A DNA stretch of 63,938 nt, the filler included, from Ministeria vibrans ATCC 50519 (lineage: Eukaryota > Protista > Filasterea), in the NCBI GenBank assembly GCA_943704425.1. It is 6 parts of 6 records of this genome, joined end to end, with 100 filler letters (N's around TTAATTAATTAA, not from the genome) between each part and the next. Parts side by side here need not be neighbours in the genome. Positions count along the whole stretch, not along the records: positions 25,219 to 34,629 come from CALSCP010002275.1; positions 34,730 to 47,782 come from CALSCP010002532.1; 4 more parts are not named here. One strand, 5' to 3'. Made by a program: the position numbers and the translations under genes. Numbering within the stretch: the stretch's first letter is position 1; each line of letters starts with the position of its first letter. Shown piece after piece: positions 25,329 through 47,095 of this stretch. The notes beneath the pieces are model-generated. The model was not told the origin of the DNA. It did no database searches and saw nothing but the letters and a program-made list of their open reading frames with translations.

Positions 25329-27597
25329 CTGGTGGAAAGAGGAGGGTAATGTTGAGAAGATTTGTCCTGCGGGACAAATGAGTGATCATGCGGCTGAGGA
25401 TTACGTTGAGGTATTGTTGTTTGTGTCTGCGCCAATGTCTCTCTTCTGACTTCTATCTGTCTACTACTCTCGTCTGAATTATCTTTTTTGCCATCGTCTT
25501 ACCTTGGCATAGGTTGGATTTGAAGAGACTGTTGTGCCAGACACAATTTCAGTTTATGAGACGTACAATCCCGGTGCCATTGTGCGTATTTTGGCGTTTG
25601 GCTATGTACTGACGGACGACGAATATGCCAATGTGCGCCAGGGTGATGGTGCTTCGCTTCTCGTACGGTGTAGTGGTGACCAACGGTGACGTTCCGCCTG
25701 ACATATTTTGATTGGTATAGCTTGACAACCGCCTACTGGAGTGGCGTGTGCTCTGGAAGGGACTGCCCACTGCAGCAACTGCCGCGCCCGTCGCACGCAA
25801 GTTTTCGCCGCCTCTCTCGGACCAAGTGCGCATTGCAACACGTGTGATTCGCCTCGAGTTCAACTCAGAAGGTTTAAAACCCCAATAATATAAATACATA
25901 GCCTTACTCCTAATGGTGTGTTTGATCGTATATTGTCCTAGAATGTGCATATTATACAGAGTTGGATGCGATTTCATTGCGTGGCTGGCGGGTCAGCGCT
26001 CTCGCGGAGGCACCAGGACTGGGCGGGAACACGGGAGACACTCTCCCGCCCGACGGACTCTCACTCGACCAACTTGCGCTGGAAGACACTACAACCCAAC
26101 CATACGAAGCCCAACGTATCCAACTTAGTCAAAAGAGGGAGAGGGAGAGGGGGAGGGAAAGGGTTTATTGTTTTGTTTTATACCTGTAGCGACTGTAACA
26201 AGTAGTGCGTTTGCCGGTCCCATTCCGCGTGGATCGGGGGGACCGCATCTGTCACGACTGCCTTTTGATCTGATCATTGCCATTGCGTCCTATCTGCCCA
26301 TCCGCGATCGCATTGCCCTCTCTGAGACCTGTCGCTATGTCCACTCAAGCATTCACGACTCACCTGACCTCTGGAGGACTCTTGTACACACAACACAGAG
26401 AAGGAGCGAGAGAGAGATAGATAGAGAGTGTGTGTGTGTATCTGTGTGTGACTCACACGATGAATAGGACTTCCGGCCGTTCTGGCACCGTCTGACACCG
26501 CACACCGCATCTGTCCTGGGCACACGGTCGTCGCGTTTGCTGCGTCTGTCGCTCGCATGGTGTCCACAGATCACCGACTTCACGCCTTTCTCGTTCCACC
26601 ACCTGCAGGTGCTCGACATGTCGTGCCACTGGGCCCTCACCGATGCAATGCTGGGCGTCATCTGTGCCGACGCGCCTGTCCTCTTCTCCCTGCGCCTTGA
26701 TCGCACTAACATTACCGACGCCGCCCTGGCTATGGTCGGCCTACGCTGCCCCCTTCTCACGCAAGTGTGCCTCCGCAACTGCCCTCGCATCACAGCCCAT
26801 GGCATCAAGCTCGTACACTACAACTTTTTTTTTTGTTTCTTTCACTCACTCTATCGCTTTGTTTTATTCACCTCTCTTTCTATCTTTCTCTCTCTTTCTC
26901 TTCAACTCACACACTCTACCATACTTGTAGTTGAGTGACTCCACTCCCAATTTGCGCCACATTGATTACTCCCACTCCATGCAAGTGGTGCAGCACACAC
27001 AAGTACTGCGCTACCCCAACGGCAGCGACGAAACGCTCCCAATGGTGGAAATTGCGTCTCACGATGCGCTACTGCGCTACATTGCCCCTAAGTGGCCACG
27101 TAAGACACGCTCTTCCCGGCTTTCCTTCCTCTCTGCGTATATCTATGATTCTCTATGCTTTTAATACACCTTGTTTTATATTTGCAGATCTGGTGAGCAT
27201 TGACCTGTGGCGTGCGGGTGAATTGGGCAGTGCCCTTGGCATTCTGGCCGAGTCGTGTCCTCTGCTGCAAACGCTTGATCTGGGTTGGTGCCATATCCCG
27301 TATGGCTTTGATCTCGCCCGTTTGGTTGTTGCGCGTCTCCCGCGACTGCGGAAGCTTTTTCTGACGGCGATGCGACTGCATACGGACTCGGTACTCAACC
27401 ACATTGGCTCAGAGATCCGCCAACTAGACCTTCTTGGCAACAGTTGTGTTACCTCCGCCGTGCTTCTCAAGAACATCTCGCGCTGGCCCCACCTCGACTT
27501 TCTCGACGTTAGCTTCTGCGGTCTGCTCACCGATGATGTCCTTGTTTCTATCTCTGCGATGAATCCATCTCTGAGCATCAAGAAGAGCTTCTCGTAA
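25329..27597 (+). CDS. FBXL4: F-box/LRR protein 4 (5' end missing)
   Basis: DYVE/VGFEETVVPDTISVYETYNPGAIVRILA, WRVLW, ARKFSP, IRLEFNS, YYTELDAISLRG; F-box LSRLPFDLIIAIASYL; LRRs (LDLGWC, LRKLFLTA, LDLLG, LDVSFC); ends SIKKSFS. Confidence 0.88.
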
Positions 27598-27745
27598 ACG
27601 TCGTATTAAGAAAAGAAAAATAATAGAGAGTTGTATATGTACTCAATGTCAAAACAAGTTTGTGTTATAAATCCAGTACAGCACACTAACAATTATTTAT
27701 TGGTGCCTTACCTGTCACTTGTCTGGGCATCATCCAATCTGTCTC

Positions 27746-27837
<92 letters not shown>

Positions 27838-28011
27838 GCTCCTTTCGCTTAGAAACTGATTTTGAGCTGACAGAGCTGTTTGTCGATAATAACAATATGA
27901 TTCAAAACATCTGTTTTGTGTTAATCACCTAATGATAAAAATTAAAATAATAAAAATATTAATCTGTTTCGTACATTCCAACCCCCTCGGCGGCTAGCTC
28001 ACTTTCACCTG

Positions 28012-29196
28012 ATGAGACGGACAGTCTTGGCGCTCATTGCGCTGATTTATGTCCAATTTCTCAGGTTAAACGTTGGAAAATTCAAATAATTTTTATACGA
28101 AAAAAACTGATAATACCACTGTGCAGCGGCGCGATCCGACCGGTGGGAAAGCGAGCTCTGCTGCATGTAGACACGCTGACCTTTTTGGCGTTTCGGCTGC
28201 TGTTCACGTCGGTCGTTCTGTTTGCATTCGTCTTCTGGAAGAACCCCAGCACCTCCCTGCGACTCTCCACGCCAACCTGGACCATCGTCGGCATCCTCGC
28301 CGTCCTCGAGATTGTCCTTGGCAAATACTTCTTCTTCTTGGGCGTACGTTGCGTCTGCAGCCCGTGCGCCCCGCTCACCCTTCCTTCCTGTCTTTCCCCG
28401 CACAGCTTGAACGCGCCTCCATCAGCACCACGTCGATCCTGGTCGCCACCTTCCCTGCCGTCATCACACACGTCGCCCGCGTCGTCGGCGGCGAGGACCG
28501 TCGCGAGCGCCGCCTCCAGTCCACCGTGGGTGTGCTCCTGTGCTGCCTTGGCTGTGCTCTGGTGATTGCCACGCCACAGCGCGCACAAACTCCATCGTCA
28601 CTGGCCGGCATTCTTTTTTCGCTGCTCAGCGTCATTTGTTCGACTACAGCACTATTTGCACAGCGTCGCATGTCTCTCGACGTCGACATGAGCCTCGTCT
28701 CGGCGTTTACATCACTCATTGCGGGCCTCATTGTCTTGGGCGCGTCTCTTTCCCTCGCTCCTTCTCCCGCCATCTTCCACCAACGCACTCTGCACATTTT
28801 CACCAATAGCCAGTCACTTGTTGCACTTCTCTTCTACATCTTCTTTACTGCCACCACGATGCCTCTCAAGGCCTGGAGCGTCACCTTACTCGGTCCATCC
28901 ACCTTTGGCGGTAAACGACACACCAAAGTTTTGTTTCTTTAGTACTGATTCTCCCTCTCACTTCTGTTCTTTTTTATTCCTCTTTCGTCACTTTGTTTCT
29001 TTCTCTTCCTCTTTCCATCATTTTTTTTTCCCTTCCTCTCTCTATGGTTTGTGCAGCGACCAAAACCACTCAGCCGCTGTTTGCGGCGCTCTGTGCATAT
29101 TTTCTGCTGCACGAATCACTTAGTGAACTCCAGGCACTGGGAATGTGTGTGTCCGTCGTTGGCCTGGCACTCTACTCGCGCGCGCAGTCCTCCTAA
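28012..29196 (+). CDS. EamA/DMT-family multi-pass transporter
   Basis: Many TM helices: DTLTFLAFRLL, FFLG/LERASISTTSILVATFP, WSVTLLGPSTF, QPLFAALCAYFLLHESLSELQALG. Confidence 0.75.
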
Positions 29197-29289
29197 CGAT
29201 CTTGCCGCTTGTATATTGTTGAAATTGGAAATGAATGAATGAATGAATAATAAGTATTTGTATGTACAGGTGTTTCAGTGTTTTTTTTG

Positions 29290-30356
29290 TTAGGCACAGC
29301 ATTGAGGTTTGTTGTGGGGTCGATCCATTGCATCGATGGCCTGCTCAATGCGGATGGTGTCGCGACGACCCGCGCCAACGCTTGACGCGTGCTCGAGCTG
29401 ACTTGGTTCGCTGAGGAGTGATTGGACGAGCGAGGCAAACGCCGCGTCAATGCCGCGATTCGCCAGCGCCGATGTGGTGAAGTACCCCTCAAACCCCAGC
29501 TCTTGTGCAAGCGCTGTTGCTTCTTCTTCGCTCACCTTTCGCTGCTTTTCCAAGTCGCTTTTGTTGCCCAGAAGAATGGCGGGAACGGGCGAGCCCGAAT
29601 GCAGAAACAGCTTCTTGTCGAGATCCTTCTTCCACACGCGCACCAAATCAAACGATCGCTGGCACGTCACGTCAAACACGACCACGGCGGCCGCTGCGTC
29701 TTTGTAGTACACGCGCGTGACATGCCCAAATCGCTCTTGGCCGCTGATGTCCCATAGCTAATCATCACAATGCGGAATAGTTCAATTAGCGCGCAGCTGA
29801 CTATGAGCTGAGTATAGCGCCGAATACTATACTGTTATTGATAACAGTAATATTTCTGTAATAATCGTGCACAGTACCCAGATAGATAATATTATGTGCA
29901 CAGCACCCAGATAGATAATAATTATTATAGTAAACAATTAAAAAGTGTTCCAACTAACTCTTCCCAGAAGACACGAGAGCACGAGTATCATATAAAAGCC
30001 TACCTGCAGTTTAACTGCCTCAGACCTGCTCCATTTCAGCTGCTTTAGGGCAAAATCGACTGTATTTGTGACGGGTCAGGCGGTACTCTTTCTTGCAAGT
30101 TCGGCGCACGCACAACACACACTACACACACACACAGTCCACTCCAGAACACCACACGCTTACCGCCAATAGTCATCTTATGCTCGCTCCACTTGCGTGT
30201 CACATAGCGACGGATGATGGCGGTCTTTCCTGCGTAGCGTTGTGTGTGATGTTATCGACCGACTCACTCGTCCAAAAAAAAAGCCGCAAAAACTTGCAAG
30301 AACGCACCTGCGCCTCCTTCGCCAACAACGACGATTTTGAACAAAGTCTCCAACAT
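29290..30356 (-). CDS. Rab32/38/29-type GTPase, paralog A
   Basis: Spliced MLETLFKIVVVGEGGAGKT...TIG/VDFALKQLKW...LQ/LWDISGQERFGHVTRVYYK...GNKSDL...TSAL...CCA. Confidence 0.85.
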
Positions 30357-30567
30357 GGTACGATAGTAAATTAGTATGTCTGCGTTTGCTGGGTATGGGA
30401 CGCGCAAAGAAAAGTCGTCCAACGAATAAAAATCTGAATTTCGTTTTATTTTCCATTTCGTGGTAAATTAAAAATTTTTATTGTCACTTGAATATAATCG
30501 CTTTACCCCTCCCATTAATGATCAAGGCACCATCGTCACAAAAACCTCCCGGTACTCATCATCAGCA

Positions 30568-31702
30568 TCACCAGCAGCACGAGTCGCCCTTGTCCGGCGG
30601 CCGCTCGAGCACTGCCCCCGGTCCCCCTACTCGGAATCCGCCCGTCTCGCGCTGCACTCCCACGGGCCCCGCGCCACTCCCGCCCGCTCCCGAGTCGGCC
30701 AGAATGTTCCGCAGCAGCGCATTCATCGCCGTGTCAATTCCTTTGTTGGTTGCCGCAGATGTCTCAAACCACCCAATGAAATTGAGCTCTTGTACGAGTG
30801 CGTTGATTTCTTCGTCGCTGACCGGTCGCGGCTAAAGCACATACACACACACACACACACATTCAATGTTGCCATTCTTCACAAACACCTTAATTATACC
30901 TTCAAATCAGACTTGTTGGCCATAAGAATGCAGGGCACAGGCGCTCCTATCAACGCGAACACCGTCAGAACAACACTCTTCCTTCTCCGCGTCATCTCCT
31001 ACCGTTTGAGAGCTGTACTTTGTCGTCAAGATCCTTTTTCCACTTTGCAATAGCCGAAAAGGTGTGTCGTTGGGTAATGTCAAAGGCAATCACGGCTGCC
31101 CGGGCTTCTTTGTAGTATACACGCGTCATTTTCCCAAATCTTTCTTGACCTGCAAAATTCCAAAACAGTGATTCCAAATACTCAATGTCAAAAGAAGAGA
31201 AGGAAAAAAAAAAAAAAAACTCCTCGGTGTTACCTGCAACATCCCACAACTACATGGATTTGAATGCGGAAGCGAGGCGGTCAAGAGATGAAACATGTCA
31301 GAAATGTTCAGTGTCAAACGGAAAAATGAAAACCATAAATAAATAAAAAAACGCCACCGCCCACCATGGACAGCTCGTCTCACCTGTAATCGAACTGTCT
31401 CCGTCTTTGACCACTCGACGACTTTCAGCGCAAAGTCAACTAGAAGATGTGGTGTGAGAGGGTTTTTGCGTTGGTGCTTTTCCTGCCCACTGCCCTGTCG
31501 CTCTGCGGCCAACGCTGTGGCGCATGCTTACCGCCAATGGTGTAAATGTAGTTTGAGTTGAATTTGTTGTGGACGTATCGCTGAATAATGGACGTCTTGC
31601 CTGCACAAAGGGGTGAGCGGCGGCGGAGGTCGATTGGGATTGGGAGTGACTCGTACCCGCGCCAGGCTCGCCGATCACGATGACTTTGAACAGGTACTCC
31701 AT
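30568..31702 (-). CDS. Rab32/38/29-type GTPase, paralog B
   Basis: Spliced MEYLFKVIVIGEPGAGKT...YTIG/VDFALKVVEW...RLQ/LWDVAGQERFGKMTRVYYKEA...KWKKDLDDKV...ANKSDL...WFETSA...SCCW. Confidence 0.88.
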
Positions 31703-31907
31703 TGTCGCCCAGAAATAGAGAGAGAGAGAGAGAGAGAGACACGGAGACAGGCACAGAGAGAAGCACTGACAGGAGAGAGAGAGAGAGAAGGAACACAGAA
31801 GCAAGTCAAATAAGTCTGAAGTCGCTGAAGTGCTGAACTCTCAAGTCTCAATGTGACTCAATCGTATTTGTTTCACAGTTTTTCTCTCTCTTTCTTTATA
31901 CTCCAAA

Positions 31908-34614
<2,707 letters not shown>

Positions 34615-34729
34615 GTTAGTCCCCCCCCCNNNNNNNNNNNNNNNNNNNNNNNNNNNNNNNNNNNNNNNNNNNNTTAATTAATTAANNNNNNNNNNNNNNN
34701 NNNNNNNNNNNNNNNNNNNNNNNNNNNNN

Positions 34730-34760
<31 letters not shown>

Positions 34761-34832
34761 AGACGCGAGAAAGAAAAAAAAAATCAGAATTCTGCTGTTA
34801 CTCCGATACGCGATTGCCTGCCACGTGCTTAC

Positions 34833-34901
34833 TCTGTCAGGGACTTCTTTTGCTGCTCCTTGTGGCACCCAAGCAATACACGAGAGAACAGAATCGCCCA
34901 T
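34833..34901 (-). CDS. PWP1: First exon of periodic tryptophan protein 1
   Basis: MGDSVLSCIAWVPQGAAKEVPDR followed by a GTAAGC donor, resembling the PWP1 N-terminus. The rest is lost at the scaffold end. Confidence 0.7.
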
Positions 34902-35528
34902 GTTGTGACACAAGAGATTTGAAATGCGACTGATCAGTCTGTCTGATCTTGCCAAAGCCATTTCATTAATTCATTTTTCATTCAATCGACCTTTTTTTTT
35001 GCCGTTCTTTTCTGTGGTACGTACATTTTTCAGGGTTACAACTTGCGGGGTTTGTCTACATATGGCTGGCGCCCGCTGCGGCGTTTTTTGCTCGTTTCTT
35101 GTTTCAATGGGACGAGGAGAGAAAAAAAAAAAAGTCATCCACGTGTACGCGCTCTCTCCGCTTCGTAACGCAATATTTGTCGCTGCCACCTTGACCAAGA
35201 GGTGCACCAGTTATCAAGGCATGGCTTGGTGCAAGCGGCGCTTGTTTCGTTGTGCGTCTTGCCGTCAATTGGGCGACACGTGGGGTCTGTCGAGACGAAA
35301 AAAAAAAAAAAGATGAAAAAAAAACGCCAGTTTGCAAAAAGACATGCGCGGTGTGTTTCCTATTTTGCCACCAAGAGCTACTTGTGCTGTCGGTGCATCC
35401 ATTGGCCGTACAGCAAGGCAATGGTTAGCGAATCTTTTTTTTTGTGGACGCCTTGTTTTTTCGTTGCGCAAACTGTTACGCAACCGCCCAAGCCTTTTTG
35501 CACCGTCTCAAGCTTGCCTATGTCATAA

Positions 35529-37169
<1,641 letters not shown>

Positions 37170-37980
37170 ACGCTCTTTTCCTGTCGTATCTGTTGAAAAA
37201 ACAACCTACCAAATAATTAGAGTTAGACAATGTTCAAAAAGAGAGACTTTTTTAACCTGTAAAGTTCATTGTACGAGGTGTTAGAAAATCATCACTTGTC
37301 AGACTGATGAGTGGTGACTTACTCATGTCCTAAGTCATGAATGGTTTCTCGCCGTCTCTGTGTGGCTCTGTCTGAAGAGTTTAGAGGAAAGACGCCACGC
37401 TTATTTCGTGTTCAATAAATTTTCAAGTTCAGAAAGTTAACCGGAGATCTCCGAAAAAAATTNNNNNNNNNNNNNNNNNNNNNNNNNNNNNNNNNNNNNN
37501 NNNNNNNNNNNNNNNNNNNNNNNNNNNNNNNNNNNNNNNNNNNNNNNNNNNNNNNNNNNNNNNNNNNNNNNNNNNNNNNNNNNNNNNNNNNNNNNNNNNN
37601 NNNNNNNNNNNNNNNNNNNNNNNNNNNNNNNNNNNNNNNNNNNNNNNNNNNNNNNNNNNNNNNNNNNNNNNNNNNNNNNNNNNNNNNNNNNNNNNNNNNN
37701 NNNNNNNNNNNNNNNNNNNNNNNNNNNNNNNNNNNNNNNNNNNNNNNNNNNNNNNNNNNNNNNNNNNNNNNNNNNNNNNNNNNNNNNNNNNNNNNNNNNN
37801 NNNNNNNNNNNNNNNNNNNNNNNNNNNNNNNNNNNNNNNNNNNNNNNNNNNNNNNNNNNNNNNNNNNNNNNNNNNNNNNNNNNNNNNNNNNNNNNNNNNN
37901 NNNNNNNNNNNNNNNNNNNNNNNNNNNNNNNNNNNNNNNNNNNNNNNNNNNNNNNNNNNNNNNNNNNNNNNNNNCAAATA

Positions 37981-41274
<3,294 letters not shown>

Positions 41275-41877
41275 CTGTACTATTTGAAAAGATAATAGTA
41301 ATAATAATAATAATAACAATAATAATTTATTACTCTTATATTTTTCGCTTTTCTTTTCTTTTTTTTCCTTTTCTAATAATTGTTTTCATTCACTTGGTGT
41401 TTGAGAGACCGCTCTGCGTAAACCCCAAATTGGTATCATCACACCTTTGAGTCAAGAATGGAAAGAGAGTAAAACTGTGTGTATATAAAACTGAATCCAC
41501 GTTCACTCCACGAAAAACATCTTTCGTATGGGCTCGCCCGATTACCTTCCTTTACTTCCAGAGATCACGGCCATGCTGCGTTGGCTGTCTTTCATTTATC
41601 GAGTTCGCGTGTGTGTGTGTGTCATTTCTATTTAAACTGTGTGCGTGAAACTCCTGTGAAACCGCACATGCTCTCTTTGCTCGCGTGACCGCCCCTGAAT
41701 ATAGCCTCCTGCGCGTTGCCACTTTCCAGCCGCGTCTGTGCCCGACCGCCTGTTCCACCTAACCACCTTCTAACCAAGCTGCAGTGCTCCTAGGGCAGCC
41801 AGGGAAGTGGAAACAAACAATAGAAAAAAATAGCCGAACGAACGAAAATAAGCGAGGGAAGTACAGAAGAATCACGC

Positions 41878-44414
41878 ATGTCAAAGAACGACGAGACCCC
41901 GACAGTGTCAGGCATGTCTCCCGCCACCGCGCGGGCAATAAGGACGTTTCCGACTGCGCAGCATTTACAGCCGGCAAGACAAGAACCCCCTCAACACAAT
42001 ATTCAGTTGCTGCCTCCAGACGCCCTCCAGTCTCAGAGTGTCACGCTGGTTTACCCTGGGTGTCAGACTAGAGCATCGTTACATATTCCGGCCAACGGAC
42101 GGGTGAGATTCACAGCGGAGAATGAAAGTCACACTCTTTGCTTTGCGGGAAACGAACAACTACAATTGAGAGCCGGAGACGAATACGTCAGGCGGTTCTC
42201 AGAGCCTGTCGAGCTTGAATATTTCTGCGTGCACGAGCATCATGATCATTCAACTGGCGATAATGAGGATGCGGGCTCCCAAAGCGACTCGGGCGACGAC
42301 GGACAAAATCGCGACGATTGCAATGATTCTAGCAACCCCAAGTCCGGCAGCAGTTCGCCCGCTGATCAGGTATTACTTTGCCACTTTGCCTAAATCTTAC
42401 CCGCTTACTCACTTTGCAGTACAAATTTCTATTCCTAATAATAATTATTTTAACGTTACTAATGTGCGTATTCATGTCTGTTTCAAGCATGATTATTATG
42501 ATTCCTATTGTGTATTCATTGCGCACTGTATCTATCTTCTCGCAGTCTCCGTCGCAAGATACCGCTGGTTTGTATACAAATTATTGCGAATCTTACAACC
42601 CCGCATTATGGTCTCTCATTCAACGCGGCTCGACAGTGGATAGCAGCAAGGGGCGCATGGCCTACCAAAACTTTGAGGTGCGCGATATTTTTCCGTACGA
42701 GGGTCGAATTCATTCTATTATTTCTCTCCTGCAATAATTATAGTGCACCTGGGCTGCACTCACGTTTCCGGACGCAGACAACGTCGAATTGTCCTTCTTG
42801 AGTGCTCTTGGGCAGCGGATCAATGCGCCTGACCAGTTGACCCGCGACTCGAGCGACACGCAGATTGACAAGGCGCTGAGAGTTCTGAAGACCCTTACGA
42901 CTGCTCTATGTCTATGTCTTACTGTCCCTATAACCGTCCCCAAGAATATCAGCCGAGGTCTGTCGTCTATTGTTACAGGCCTGGCGGAGACGCGGTTTCG
43001 GCTTCACATCCAAATAGTTCAGGTGAGACTGCATCAAAAATAATAAGACTTTTTTCTGACTCGTTTTTTTGGTGCTTTCCGTATCATAGAAGAATTTGCA
43101 TATCTCATGCGACCTGATTCAACCGTAAATAATTTCTTCTTTGATTCGCATTTCAAGCAGTGTGAATATATTTATTATTACGTCTTGTGTCATAATAATT
43201 GCAATTATATTGATAGGACAAAAGCGGACAAGATCGAGCGACAGTCAACCCAAGCAGAGGTGCGTCACTATAATAGTACTTATGAGTCCTTTGATTGGCA
43301 TGCATATATATGTCGCTTTACTGCACCACCACACGCAATAACACACATCTATGTAATTACACACACATTGCGTATGCCCTTACCCATCTTTAAATACTAT
43401 CAACTGCAGAGGACCAACATTGGCTTTGAATTCTCCGCTCATACTCCGGACGGTAGTGGACCCACACCGCTTACTGCATCTACATCGTCAACTGCTCAGT
43501 ACTCTGGATCTTTGACCGCAGAGTTCACCGATTGGATGGATGTGCGTTAAATAATCATAATAATTTGCAACGTCTCGCTTTCGTAACCTGAAATTTGCAT
43601 TGCAGATGGAAGATTCCATGCGGAACTTAACCATTACTGTTGGGTCTCCACTGCCTCCTTCGGCGCTGAACGACATCCGAAAGCAGCTGAGCTTGGCGCA
43701 AGAACGGCACTGGATGGCGCTACGAGGCGACACCCTCGTTGCACTGGACGACGTGCAGGCTGCAGAAACAGTTGGTATTGCTTCCCACGAGGACTCCAAG
43801 CCCTTCAACATCGACACGGGCCTATCGCCAGCAGCCAAAGCCTCTTCTAGGCCTGTGGCGATGAGCTCGACACCTGCTTTCAGCAGATCGCCCATGCACG
43901 CTTTTCGGCCTCAGGCTATGGGTGCGCCTCTGGCTATGGGTGCACACCGCCCACAACATTATCGGCCCGCTGTATTATCATTCAAGACGAAGGATCAAGA
44001 GGTCAGTCGCGACTGATTGAGGAGAAAATCGACGTAGCGTACTGATTGTTTGTGTTTTTCAATCAGCTTGCGGCGTCCACCGCGGTCCCGTCGACGCTCG
44101 TGTTTGCATCGACCAAGGCCGGCAAACGCTATCCAGAGCACATGATGAGAGCTCTACAGACGCTCGTCGAGTTGTTCAACGAGGCGAGTGACATGACGCT
44201 GTCGGAACTCGCTCCGAGGGCATTGAGCCGCATAGTCGAGACAACTGTGAAATTCGCTGCTTCGCGTTTTCGCATCCAGGTTGGTTCGCTCCAGGGCGCG
44301 TACGTGGCCAGGACATCCTCTGGTCCTATTGCATGCATTCCGGCCACTCATAGCGATGGTTCTGCCACGACCCTTTGTGCCATGCAACAGATCGGAAGCG
44401 TAAGTTGTTGATAC

Positions 44415-44451
<37 letters not shown>

Positions 44452-46951
44452 TTGCTTCAAATAATTTTGTAGAACGAAACTCTGCTATTTTTCCTGGTGA
44501 ATGCTCTTATGTAATACGCCGCATCCCAACACGGTCATGTGTTTGAATCATTACAATAATAAATAACAATTCTTTAATCAACTGCGTATGTTGATCATGA
44601 GTCTGTCGCGTTTTGCTGACCAGTCACTCACTTGTCACTTGTCCGTTGTCACTAAGGACTAACTCACTATCGTCTATCTCACTGACTATTGGGATACGAC
44701 GCAAAGGGACATCCTTTGAAAATTTGTCTTCATTTTTTGGCTGTTGACCTGTTGTTGTTACTTGGGGTTTTGTTGAAAATCTGTTGATTCTGTTCCTCAA
44801 TCTTTTTCCTTGTGTCTCGAAACGGACGATAAACTCTAAAATTAGATTGGACAATTGACATACTGTGATGATGACCTCTCCTTTTGCCTGATTCCCAAGC
44901 AACTTTTGCTCCTCAGTTATACTTTTCCAATATATTAACTCTTTTTTTCAACTCTGAAACTGAGAAGAATCTGGTTCTCCACCCTCCATGGCCAACCATA
45001 CCGGATATTACTCAGGCGCCCCTGCGTTCGGTCACCGTCAAGGTAACAGTACGTTCTCGTCGCGCTGATTGATTTTCGATATGAAATTGATTGCGGATTG
45101 ATTGCTCTTTCTCCTTTCTCCCGCAATGCCCACCGATGCAACGCGACTGCAACACAAACATGCAAACAAAGTCGCTCGACCGGAGGATTTCACCTCTCCT
45201 TGTTTCTTCCTTTGTTCTGACTCATGACAGAATTTTTTTTTAATGTATTCTAAGTTCAAAAAAAACTATCACTCGCCTCCTCCAACGCACCCGCTCTGCG
45301 CCTGATTCCTCCCAGATCCNNNNNNNNNNTTAATGTATTCTAAGTTCAAAAAAAAAAAAAAAAACTCTCTCTCTTCTCTCTCTCTTTGTGTGATCTACTC
45401 AGGGAGATTGTTGCGCTCATGCACATTGCACTGGGTCACATTTGTGTGTGTCCGAAGCCTGTGCGCCGTGCGTAGCCCACAACGATTTTCAGGCCGCAAT
45501 AATAATGCAATAATAATAAATGTCATTGACGCACGCATCGTTTCTACGCCACGCTGTGCTCATGCATGTGTAATTGTGTATTGAATGTGTATAGTCCATA
45601 TGCGGTGTCAGGGGAGCTAAGTAGAGAGGGAGACGTGCTGAATATGAATTACGCCGAAAATGGACCCTCAAATATGCGTTTTCTAACGCGCCACTTCCGC
45701 GCCACCCAATATGTTGATACGTCCCGGAGAGTGTGTCAGTTGTATTTTAGCATGTGTGTGCGACTGTGCGCCGTAAGTTCTGACCTCTTCTGACCCTAAT
45801 TAAGGATGAGTTGCGTTTTTTCTCGCCCTTTCTTTTGGTGTTTCAGTTTTTTGTTTTCACTCAAACTGTGATCTCTATCGCTGTACGACTCGCTGGACAT
45901 CCACCATGTCCGACAACAGATTTAACTCATTTATCGCTTAGAAGGTCCTAATGCAGCAGTTGTCGGTGGCGCAAATTGCCTAGTCGGGGCTGTGGAAGGA
46001 CGCAATGGATATCCAGCCGGTTTGATGGTAGGGCCAAGTCTGAACTCCAACTGACCCCCCAGCCACTTTTTTCTGCGCATAGGGTCCACCAGCGGGTGAA
46101 AACAAACGCAAGGAAGCGTTGGAGGGAGGAGGTGGTGTGGCAGAGGTCGCAGCGAACATCTTGCCTGACCAGACACATGTATGCGTGTCATCTCTCTCTC
46201 CGTCTTAAGCTCGCTTACATTCACTCAATTTAACTTTTCATCGCTCTTTTTTTTCTTTTACTGCTGTCTCCTTCTTGTAGTTGGAAAGTAGCAGTGACAC
46301 TTTCGATGTGCTCGAAGCGACATACCCCGTCGAGTTATTCGAGTACGATCCATCAGGCAGTTCTTCGAGCCATGTCCGCCCCACACCCATGGGAGCCACA
46401 AGGACTAATCCCGGCCGCTTTGTATCCATGGGAGCCACAAAAAAGCGCAGTTGTGACAAACGAAAGGTTTGCAATACTATAACTTTTATATAGTTATTAT
46501 TATTTTATTGTTGTTGTTGTTGTTGGCGTCTTCCTTTTTCATTTTCCGTCTTAGGCGGGCCAAGCGACCATGAAGGTTGGCTGTGAGCAAAAAGCACGCA
46601 AACTGGTCGAGGCTGTAGCCGGGCTCTGCCACGACTCGGATCCGCTGGAGAAACTTGGGAGCTCGCCAGCTGCAGCCCTCCAGCAAGTGCTCAGCACGCT
46701 GCAGTGGTTTGTCAAGCAGTTCTCGCTCACTTTCCAGCCTGCTTTGTGCATCTCCGACGGCTCACTCATGTTCTCTGCTGAACAAGAAAAATCCCAATAC
46801 CAACTGACGATTCAGATTGTTGCTAAGGTGAACACTGAACACTTTTGTATCTGACGGTTAGCACTCAAAGTTGTCGTCTTTGTAGGGAGACCTTAGGTTT
46901 GAGTGCTGCCCTGTCAAATGCCCACTCGAAACCCAGCGAGTATTTCATTAA
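41878..46951 (+). CDS. Hypothetical multi-exon gene(s) of unknown function, with an N-terminal cupredoxin-like motif
   Basis: Chain of GC-richer open exons flanked by GT/AG sites (about 41878-42369, 42546-42677, 42744-43022, 43606-44001, 44067-44399, 46281-46466, 46555-46827, 46886-46951). No recognisable full-length homology; may be two genes. Confidence 0.4.
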
Positions 46952-46965
46952 AGATTAATTTTGAC

Positions 46966-47095
46966 TAAGAAAATAAATAGAAGAAGAAGAATACAACCCA
47001 TTTATATAAATAGAAGAAGAAGAATACAACCCATTTATTAAAGAAAATAAATAGAAGAAGAAGAATACAACCCTTATTAAAGAAAATGAATAGAA
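46966..47095. repeat. Minisatellite, 3+ copies of a ~30-37 bp unit
   Basis: ATAAATAGAAGAAGAAGAATACAACCC(A)TT repeated. Confidence 0.85.
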
